This document shows positions 1 to 5,324 of a DNA stretch of 5,324 bases, piece by piece. The stretch is from a virus. Lineage: Duplodnaviria; Heunggongvirae; Uroviricota; Caudoviricetes. Numbering within the stretch: the first letter of the stretch is position 1; every line of letters begins with the position of its first letter. The notes under the pieces are model-generated. The model was not told where the DNA came from, searched no databases, and was given only the letters and a program-made list of their open reading frames with translations. Location: the IMG/VR virus record IMGVR_UViG_3300029567_000110. One strand, given 5' to 3'. A program made the position numbers and the translations under genes.

Positions 1-52
1 TTTAATAGGGTGAATTTTAGCCAATCCTTCTATTTAACCGACCAGGGTTTGT

Positions 53-80
53 TGATTAGCTGGTATGCCTGACTAGAATC
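53..80 (+). promoter_or_regulatory. Candidate sigma70 promoter (TTGATT-N16-TAGAAT) upstream of the first ORF
   Basis: Hexamers TTGATT (53-58) and TAGAAT (75-80) with a 16-nt spacer, about 80 bp upstream of the 161 start. Motif match only. Confidence 0.3.
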
Positions 81-160
81 GATTCACTTAATTAGCGCGC
101 AGGGAGAAGAGGGATGGACCCCGAGCAGGGGAGTGCTATTTATCTGGAAGGATTCTGTTG

Positions 161-421
161 ATGAAAATCGAAGAATTGGTTGAAATTTTTAGTGAAGATG
201 GCCTCTATACTGTGCGCGTTGAGAATGGCTCCATTGTCAGCCACTGCCGTATTAAATGTTTACAGTCTCAACAAAGGAAGAGTGGGGCGGCGTTAATTTA
301 CTTTGTGGATGGACTGGTGACGGATGGTTTTATTTTGCGTGAAAATGAATTTGTCACATCATTGCAGTCTCTGAAAGAAGCTGGGCTTAAGGCTGGTTTT
401 TCTGCTTTTGAAGATGAGTGA
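161..421 (+). CDS. Hypothetical small prophage protein (86 aa from ATG 161; ORF track begins at TTG 158)
   Basis: Open frame 158-421. ATG at 161 follows GGAAGG (145-150) at about 10 nt spacing. Translation has a balanced composition with no low-complexity runs. No family recognised. Confidence 0.45.
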   Translation: MKIEELVEIFSEDGLYTVRVENGSIVSHCRIKCLQSQQRKSGAALIYFVDGLVTDGFILRENEFVTSLQSLKEAGLKAGFSAFEDE

Positions 422-487
422 ATTCATCTACAATTCAGCGCAGGGCTGAACCCCTGCTGAGTAACACTGTGCCACCGGAGAAAGCCG

Positions 488-766
488 ATGGCGCAAAATT
501 CCAGATCACACAATTCTGATAATCTCGCCGTCCTTGCCAGCAGGCGCGGGCGGCGTTCTCACGCATTCAAATCTGACTGGTTCCAGCATGATCCATGCAC
601 TGAAGAACAGGCCGAATGGCTGATTCAGAACTACCGCAGACGTGGGTATGAGTTTAGGAAAGCCCTCAGCCTCGATTATCGTCACTGGATAATCTACGTC
701 AGACTCCCTTATTCCGAACGCCCACCGCGTCCGTCCCGCACATTCCAGCAACGCATCTGGAGGTAA
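488..766 (+). CDS. Hypothetical small basic prophage protein (92 aa)
   Basis: ATG 488 preceded by GGAG (477-480). Stop TAA at 764-766 is 1 nt before the GTG start of the next ORF, suggesting coupled expression. No family recognised. Confidence 0.5.
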   Translation: MAQNSRSHNSDNLAVLASRRGRRSHAFKSDWFQHDPCTEEQAEWLIQNYRRRGYEFRKALSLDYRHWIIYVRLPYSERPPRPSRTFQQRIWR

Positions 767-767
767 C

Positions 768-1826
768 GTGCGGGTATTGCTTCGACCTGTTCCGGTACCG
801 GAACTTGGGCTGGTGGTGCTAAAGCCGGGCCGTGAATCCATGCAGGTATTTCATAACCCTCGAGTGCTGGTGGAGCCGGAACCGAAAAGCATGCGTGGTC
901 TGCCGTCCGGAGTTGTTCCTGCCGTTCGCCAGCCGCTGGCGGAAGATAAATCATTACTGCCATTTTTCAGCGACGAACGGGTGATTCGTGCTGCCGGCGG
1001 CGCTGGTGCACTGTCTGACTGGCTCCTGCGTCATGTTAAATCCTGCCAGTGGCCTCATGGTGACTATCACCACAGCGAAACCGTCATACATCGTTACGGC
1101 ACCGGCGCGATGGTGTTGTGCTGGCACTGCGACAACCAGCTGCGTGACCAGACCTCAGAATCACTTGAGCAACTTGCTCAACAAAACCTGACAGCATGGA
1201 TGATTGACGTCATCCGTCACGCAATAAGCGGTGCGCAGGAGCGGGAATTATCGCTGGCTGAATTATCCTGGTGGGCTGTCTGCAATCAGGTGGCGGACGT
1301 ACTACCGGAGGTAGTATTACGTCGTTCTCTGGGGTTACGTGCGGAAAAAATCCGCTCAGTGTACCGCGAAAGCGACATCATACCGGGAGAACCGACCGCC
1401 ACCAGCATGCTGAAGCAGCGCACAAATAATATTGCGTTACCGCCTCACGTCCACCAGCAACAGAACCCACCACAGGAAAAGACGGTGGTCAGCATTGCCG
1501 TTGATCCGGAGTCTCCGACTCAGTATCTCCAGCGTCAGAAACCACAACGGGAAGAGATGCCCGTATACACGCGCTGGGTAAAAACGCAGAAATGCGTGAC
1601 GTGTGGCAATCAGGCAGATGATCCGCATCACATCATTGGTCATGGACTGGGAGGGATGGGAACAAAGGCTGATGATTTGTTTGTTATTCCGCTGTGCCGT
1701 AAATGTCATAACGAACTGCACGCCGGGGTAAAAGATTTTGAAGAAAAACACGGCAGCCAGCTGTTGTTGCTGATTCGTTTTTTAATGCACGCGAGAAATT
1801 CGGGTGTCCTGAAGTGGAAAGCATGA
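768..1826 (+). CDS. Prophage protein with C-terminal HNH-like zinc-finger motif (DUF968-like; occupies the NinG/Rap position next to rusA)
   Basis: 352-aa ORF. C-terminal motif C-V-T-C ... D-P-H-H ... C-R-K-C-H-N-E-L-H (CxxC...HH...CxxCH...H) is typical of HNH-type nuclease folds. GTG 768 follows GGAGG (759-763) with only 4 nt spacing; ATG 840 or ATG 891 are alternative starts. DUF968 assignment is from memory of E. coli prophage proteins, not from a search. Confidence 0.65.
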   Translation: MRVLLRPVPVPELGLVVLKPGRESMQVFHNPRVLVEPEPKSMRGLPSGVVPAVRQPLAEDKSLLPFFSDERVIRAAGGAGALSDWLLRHVKSCQWPHGDYHHSETVIHRYGTGAMVLCWHCDNQLRDQTSESLEQLAQQNLTAWMIDVIRHAISGAQERELSLAELSWWAVCNQVADVLPEVVLRRSLGLRAEKIRSVYRESDIIPGEPTATSMLKQRTNNIALPPHVHQQQNPPQEKTVVSIAVDPESPTQYLQRQKPQREEMPVYTRWVKTQKCVTCGNQADDPHHIIGHGLGGMGTKADDLFVIPLCRKCHNELHAGVKDFEEKHGSQLLLLIRFLMHARNSGVLKWKA

Positions 1827-2192
1827 ATGACTGAACGCATAGAATTTGTTTTGCCTTACCCGCCAACGGTGAATACCTACTGGCGACGTCATGGCAATAC
1901 GTATTTCATCTCGGAAGCCGGAAAGCGTTATCGCCGTGATGTGGCGCTTATTGTTCGCCAGCAGCGGCTGAAATTAAACCTGTCCGGAAGGCTGACGATA
2001 AAGATCATTGCAGAACCACCGGATAAGCGCCGCCATGACCTGGACAATATCCTGAAAGCACCACTGGATGCGCTGACGCATGCCGGACTACTTATAGACG
2101 ACGAGCAGTTTGATGAAATCAATATTGTGCGCGGTCAGCTCGTTCCTGGTGGGCGGCTGGGGATAAAAATCACAGAACTGGAGTGCGCATGA
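1827..2192 (+). CDS. rusA: Holliday-junction resolvase RusA (crossover junction endodeoxyribonuclease)
   Basis: 121-aa translation shares the RusA pattern with E. coli RusA as recalled: LPYPP..N.Y.R, PD(K/R)RRxDLDN, DALT.AG, DD.Q, GGRL..ITE. Size is right (about 120 aa). ATG 1827 directly follows the upstream TGA (1824-1826). Confidence 0.9.
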   Translation: MTERIEFVLPYPPTVNTYWRRHGNTYFISEAGKRYRRDVALIVRQQRLKLNLSGRLTIKIIAEPPDKRRHDLDNILKAPLDALTHAGLLIDDEQFDEINIVRGQLVPGGRLGIKITELECA

Positions 2193-2878
2193 ATAACCAG
2201 TATTTACAGTTTGTGCGTGAGCAGCTCATTATCGCCACCGCTGATTTGAGTGGGGCAACAAAAGGTCAACTTGAAGCCTGGCAGGAGAATGCCATGTTCG
2301 ATACAGGGCGTTACAGGCGTAAAAAAATCCGGTACCGCGATGAAGTGACCGGAAAAATGATCACGCTGGATAATCCACCAATCCCGGGGAAACAATCGCT
2401 GGCAAAGAGGACGTCAATTCCTCTGGTAAGTCAGGTTGAGTTTTCGACATCATCATGGCGACGGGCGGTTCTGTCTCTTGAAGAACACCATAAAGCCTGG
2501 TTGCTGTGGTGTTACAGCGGCAGCATTTGCTGGGAACACCAGATTGCGATAACACAGTGGGCGTGGAATGAATTTAACGCGCAATCTGGTACCAGAAAAA
2601 TTGCGGAGAAAACACGGGAGCGCCTGAAAAAATTAATCTGGCTGGCGGCGCAGGATGTCAGGGGATGGGTAGCCGGGCATGAGAACTACCAGCGACAGGA
2701 ACTTGCCAGGCTGTGTGGAATTAAACCTGACAACTGGAGCCATAATTATGCGAACTACTGGCGTGAGATGTGCGACATTTTTAAGAATCTTGATACAGAA
2801 TCCTTGATTTGCACAGTGAAAATGAGAACACAACAAAAAGCGACCTTTTCGCGACGAGATGTTGCAAAAATCAATTAA
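2189..2878 (+). CDS. Putative late-gene antiterminator Q (assigned by position; family not confirmed by motif)
   Basis: 230-aa ORF. ATG 2189 overlaps the rusA stop (ATGA at 2189-2192); the ORF track starts it at GTG 2183. It lies immediately downstream of rusA and immediately upstream of a promoter-like element and strong terminator, which is the canonical ninG-rusA-Q-PR'-tR' order of lambdoid phages. No lambda-Q CxxC zinc finger was seen, so this would be a different Q family if correct. Confidence 0.55.
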   Translation: MNNQYLQFVREQLIIATADLSGATKGQLEAWQENAMFDTGRYRRKKIRYRDEVTGKMITLDNPPIPGKQSLAKRTSIPLVSQVEFSTSSWRRAVLSLEEHHKAWLLWCYSGSICWEHQIAITQWAWNEFNAQSGTRKIAEKTRERLKKLIWLAAQDVRGWVAGHENYQRQELARLCGIKPDNWSHNYANYWREMCDIFKNLDTESLICTVKMRTQQKATFSRRDVAKIN

Positions 2879-2900
2879 ATCGCGTACATTTCGTGTAAAT
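2862..2900 (+). promoter_or_regulatory. Candidate late promoter PR' / Q-utilisation region overlapping the 3' end of the Q-like gene
   Basis: TTGCAA (2862-2867), 17-nt spacer, TACATT (2885-2890), followed by the AT-rich TGTAAATTTGATATT. Position relative to the Q-like gene and the terminator about 60 nt downstream fits PR'-tR' architecture. Hexamer match is modest. Confidence 0.3.
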
Positions 2901-2942
2901 TTGATATTTCGCCGATTTTGTACGCGATGGCAAAGTAAGCAA

Positions 2943-2967
2943 GGCCCGCCGCTGAGCGGGTTTTTTT
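2943..2967 (+). terminator. Rho-independent terminator (tR'-like)
   Basis: Stem CCCGC (2945-2949) pairs with GCGGG (2956-2960), 6-nt loop CGCTGA, then T7 run (2961-2967). GC-rich perfect stem, + strand only. Confidence 0.8.
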
Positions 2968-3090
2968 ATGCCTGAAAAATGGTACAGAACATTAAACACG
3001 CTGGTGGTTGCGAATACTGGTCTTTCAGCTTGCTGGCTTTTTCGACAAGAGTTATTGGTATGTCACGTTAACCAGAAAAGGAAAAAAGAC

Positions 3091-3288
3091 ATGCTAAAAC
3101 AGCAGGATATGACCGAAACCGCCAGAGTGGTGTTTAATGAATTAAGCGTCACCGAGCCGGCGACCGTCGGGGAAATTGCGCAGAATACTTACCTTTCACG
3201 TGAACGCTGCCAGTTAATACTGACCCAGCTTGTTATGGCGGGTCTGGCAGATTATCAGTTCGGTTGTTACAGACGCCTTCCGCAGTGA
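3091..3288 (+). CDS. Small winged-helix (wHTH) DNA-binding protein, 65 aa, immediately upstream of the methyltransferase
   Basis: ATG 3091 preceded by AAGGA (3078-3082) at 8 nt spacing. Translation MLKQQDMTETARVVFNELSVTEPATVGEIAQNTYLSRERCQLILTQLVMAGLADYQ has the spacing of small wHTH regulators (T-x-x-EIA ... L-x-x-L-x-x-AGL), loosely PapI/FaeA-like. The ORF track's longer form from ATG 2968 would start inside the terminator T-run and is unlikely. Confidence 0.5.
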   Translation: MLKQQDMTETARVVFNELSVTEPATVGEIAQNTYLSRERCQLILTQLVMAGLADYQFGCYRRLPQ

Positions 3289-3342
3289 AGGTTTTTTAAT
3301 TTGTGGTAATGGGCGGCTGGTGGGTGTTAGCGGCACCTGCCA

Positions 3343-3392
3343 GCCATCTGCTCATGCGTTGGGGTCACAAGCAAACCTCAGGCCCATCTGCT
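3343..3392 (+). repeat. Direct repeat CCATCTGCT x2 (3343-3351 and 3384-3392) in the wHTH-methyltransferase intergenic region; candidate operator
   Basis: Exact 9-bp direct repeat with 41-bp spacing (about four helical turns), between the wHTH stop (3288) and the methyltransferase start (3439). Flanks are also similar: CCATCTGCTcaTGCG versus CCATCTGCTtTGCG. Confidence 0.3.
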
Positions 3393-3438
3393 TTGCGCAA
3401 AAGCGGTATGAGCCTATCAGAGAAGTGCTTATTGATCT

Positions 3439-4485
3439 ATGGCTAATACTGTAAAAATATCCAGTTATGAGTTAATCAACGCTGATTGCCTGGAATTTAT
3501 CCAGACCTTACCGGAAAACTCTGTCGATCTGATAGTCACAGACCCGCCATACTTTAAAGTGAAGCCCGAGGGCTGGGATAACCAGTGGAAGGGCGACGAT
3601 GATTACCTGAAATGGCTGGATCAGTGTCTGGCGCAATTCTGGCGGGTACTGAAACCTGCCGGAAGTCTCTACCTGTTCTGTGGTCATCGCCTGGCATCTG
3701 ATATCGAAATCATGATGCGTCAGCGCTTTAATGTGCTGAACCACATTATCTGGGCGAAGCCGTCCGGACGCTGGAACGGATGCAACAAGGAAAGCCTGCG
3801 GGCGTATTTTCCGGCAACAGAACGCATTCTGTTTGCTGAACATTATCAGGGTCCATACCAGCCCAAAAATGACGGCTATGCGGCAAAGGGGCGCGAGCTA
3901 AAACAGCACGTCATGGCCCCGCTGATTTCTTACTTTCGTGATGCGCGTGAATCACTGGGAATAACGTCAAAACAGATAGCGGAAGCCACCGGAAAGAAAA
4001 ACATGGCTTCGCACTGGTTTGGTACCAGTCAGTGGCAGTTACCAAACGAGGGTGATTACAACAAATTGCAGGCGTTGTTTGCGCGTGTTGCGGCAGAAAA
4101 ACATCAGCGCGGGGAACTGGAAAAGCCACACCACCAGCTGGTCAGCACATACAGTGAACTGAACCGGCAATATGCCAGCCTGCTGGAAGAGTACAAATCC
4201 CTGCGGCGTTATTTTTCCGTATCGGCAGCCGTTCCTTATACGGATGTCTGGACGCATAAACCCGTGCAGTTTTATCCGGGCAAACATCCCTGTGAAAAAC
4301 CGGCGGATATGCTCCGGCAAATAATCAATGCCAGCAGTCGCCCTGGTGATTTGGTTGCTGATTTTTTTATGGGGTCTGGCTCAACAATAAAAGCGGCACT
4401 TTCACTGGGACGCCGTGCGATTGGCGTGGAACTGGAGGAAGAGAGATTTAATCAGACTGTAAGTGAAATAAAAAATAATCGTTAA
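3439..4485 (+). CDS. Beta-class DNA amino-methyltransferase (N6-adenine or N4-cytosine), no adjacent restriction endonuclease
   Basis: 348-aa ORF. Motif IV DPPY (LIVTDPPYF) near the N-terminus, HPCEKP, and AdoMet motif I FFMGSGST near the C-terminus. The IV-then-I order defines beta-class amino-methyltransferases. No endonuclease-like ORF on either side. Confidence 0.9.
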   Translation: MANTVKISSYELINADCLEFIQTLPENSVDLIVTDPPYFKVKPEGWDNQWKGDDDYLKWLDQCLAQFWRVLKPAGSLYLFCGHRLASDIEIMMRQRFNVLNHIIWAKPSGRWNGCNKESLRAYFPATERILFAEHYQGPYQPKNDGYAAKGRELKQHVMAPLISYFRDARESLGITSKQIAEATGKKNMASHWFGTSQWQLPNEGDYNKLQALFARVAAEKHQRGELEKPHHQLVSTYSELNRQYASLLEEYKSLRRYFSVSAAVPYTDVWTHKPVQFYPGKHPCEKPADMLRQIINASSRPGDLVADFFMGSGSTIKAALSLGRRAIGVELEEERFNQTVSEIKNNR

Positions 4486-4564
4486 ATACGGATAACATTA
4501 TTTCTGAAATTAAGAAATAATAGAAATATATACATATGTTTACGAATATTAACGTGAATTTCCA

Positions 4565-4592
4565 TTGAAAAGAGAACAGGCATCATTAGTAT
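4565..4592 (+). promoter_or_regulatory. Candidate sigma70 promoter (TTGAAA-N16-TAGTAT) in the AT-rich region after the methyltransferase
   Basis: TTGAAA (4565-4570), 16-nt spacer, TAGTAT (4587-4592), inside a stretch of about 25-30% GC (4486-4600). It would drive a + strand transcript into the ORF-poor 4600-5110 region. Confidence 0.3.
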
Positions 4593-4628
4593 TAATTTGA
4601 GTTCCGAGGGTATACCCCGAAGAACCAG

Positions 4629-4703
4629 TGCCGACTTAGTTCAGCAATCAGAGCAGGTGGCTTGTAACATCAGGTCACCAGTTCGATTTCTCAGTCGGTA
4701 CCG
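4629..4703 (+). other. tRNA-like fragment (possible decayed tRNA gene): acceptor-stem and D-arm-like, no canonical anticodon or T arm
   Basis: GCCGACT (4630-4636) pairs with AGTCGGT (4693-4699) over 7 bp including one G:U. It is followed by TA-GTTCAG...AGAGC-A, resembling the canonical tRNA U8-A9-GCTCAG...AGAGC D-arm, and 3' of the stem is A-CCG (near CCA). No 5-bp anticodon or T stem could be folded. A second T-arm-like hairpin GCGGG-TCGATT-CCCGC sits at 4707-4722. Confidence 0.2.
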
Positions 4704-5084
4704 TATGCGGGTCGATTCCCGCTGTTCCAGAAGTAACGAGATAGGTAGTTTTGGGCGCTGGCACATTAAATATGTGGGATGTTTCACCCTCTCTCCTTAC
4801 CGCATCCAGCCTGTAATGAAAGTTATTTGTTACGGTACCAGTGCCATCTTTTTACAATAGCGGAATGGTGCATTATTGGTAGATATTTTGTATTTCATGG
4901 CAGGGTCGGTGATGCATCATTCCGGTGTTGTAAATAACACCGCCGGGGTGTTCCTCAGTGCGGGGGTGGTTCAAGAGTCGGTTTAGCGGGAAGCCACAGT
5001 ATCCATACAGTATGGAGTACTTCGGGAGGCACCCGACGCCCTGGTTTTACTACAATAAAAATAACTTATCTTCTGCATTGACCA

Positions 5085-5109
5085 GCCGCCCCCACCGGGC
5101 GGTTTTTTT
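5085..5109 (+). terminator. Rho-independent terminator (+ strand)
   Basis: Stem CCGCCC (5086-5091) pairs with GGGCGG (5097-5102), loop CCACC, then T7 run (5103-5109). Confidence 0.7.
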
Positions 5110-5194
5110 ATTCTGAATTCCCCAAAAAAAGAAAACACGGACACTGATAATGCCCGTGTGGCAATGCCATGTAAGTCAGCGATGAATATGGCGC

Positions 5195-5228
5195 AAAAAA
5201 AAAGCGCGGCTGTCGGATTAAAGCCGCG
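5195..5228 (-). terminator. Candidate minus-strand intrinsic terminator (hairpin followed by a T-run on the - strand)
   Basis: On the + strand an A9 run (5195-5203) precedes a 7-bp stem CGCGGCT (5205-5211) / AGCCGCG (5222-5228) with a 10-nt loop. Read on the - strand this is hairpin then U-run. It would end a leftward transcript starting beyond the window edge. Confidence 0.4.
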
Positions 5229-5324
5229 GGACAAAGTCCGTGAAGAAGAATAAGCATCGGTCTCCTCCAGGAGACGAGTTGATATTACTAAGCTTTAAAA
5301 ATGGTTTAAATCCCCGTATTAACC

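Noticed and set aside
506-963. Minus-strand ORFs 506-841 (111 aa) and 709-963 (84 aa)
   Set aside because: They lie antisense to the better-supported + strand genes, have Pro/Ala/Gly/Arg-rich translations typical of antisense frames, and have no ribosome-binding site.
988-2836. Embedded or antisense ORFs 988-1191 (+), 1437-1751 (-), 1684-1866 (-), 1928-2122 (-), 2204-2395 (-), 2361-2555 (-), 2633-2836 (-)
   Set aside because: All lie within or antisense to the larger + strand genes and have low-complexity Cys/Ser/Arg-rich translations. They are treated as frame shadows.
2968-3090. N-terminal extension of the winged-helix ORF starting at ATG 2968 (106-aa form)
   Set aside because: That ATG sits in the U-run of the terminator with no ribosome-binding site, whereas ATG 3091 has a well-spaced AAGGA. 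The extension is Cys/Trp-rich and looks non-coding.
3230-3454. ORF 3230-3454 (+), 74 aa
   Set aside because: It spans the intergenic region in a different frame, overlaps both flanking genes, has no ribosome-binding site, and better fits a regulatory region containing the direct repeats.
3508-4320. Minus-strand ORFs inside the methyltransferase gene (3508-3843, 3911-4129, 4039-4320)
   Set aside because: They are antisense to a gene with unambiguous methyltransferase motifs, and no independent support was found.
4629-4730. Calling an intact tRNA gene
   Set aside because: Only the acceptor-type pairing and D-arm-like motifs are present. No 5-bp anticodon stem or canonical GTTCRANYC T-arm with a pairing stem could be folded on either strand.
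4597-4860. ORF 4597-4860 (+), 87 aa, TTG start
   Set aside because: No ribosome-binding site, non-canonical start, Arg/Ser/Cys-rich translation, and it overlaps the tRNA-like and hairpin-rich sequence. It is more likely non-coding.
4996-5015. LexA (SOS) box at the ACAGTAT repeats
   Set aside because: LexA sites are CTGT-N8-ACAG inverted repeats. Here the CAG elements are in direct orientation and the spacing does not fit.
4983-5234. ORF 4983-5234 (-), 83 aa
   Set aside because: It runs through the + strand terminator and a G-run, its translation is low-complexity, and it has no ribosome-binding site.
5182-5253. 23-aa mini-ORF (MNMAQKKSAAVGLKPRDKVREEE)
   Set aside because: No ribosome-binding site, and it coincides with the A-run and hairpin that are better explained as a minus-strand terminator. 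It cannot be supported from sequence alone.
1-5324. CRISPR array, insertion-sequence or integrase remnants
   Set aside because: No regularly spaced direct repeats, no terminal inverted repeats flanking a transposase-like ORF, and no recombinase-like translation in any frame.

Overview
This window reads as the right-arm regulatory region of a lambdoid (enterobacterial-type) prophage, with every credible gene on the + strand. The calls rest on reading the ORF translations and on gene order; no database search was possible. From left to right: two small hypothetical proteins (161-421, 488-766); a 352-aa protein with a C-terminal HNH-like Cys/His motif (768-1826); a clear RusA-family Holliday-junction resolvase (1827-2192) whose stop overlaps the next start (ATGA); a 230-aa protein in the position of the late antiterminator Q (2189-2878); a strong intrinsic terminator (2943-2967) that fits a PR'/tR' late-promoter module; a two-gene insert made of a small winged-helix protein (3091-3288) and a 348-aa beta-class DNA amino-methyltransferase with no restriction partner (3439-4485); and about 840 bp with no convincing ORF (4486-5324) holding a promoter-like site, a tRNA-like fragment, several hairpins and a + strand terminator (5085-5109). 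The most interesting candidates are the winged-helix/orphan-methyltransferase pair and the long structured non-coding stretch behind it. I did not find a complete novel system I can defend from sequence alone.
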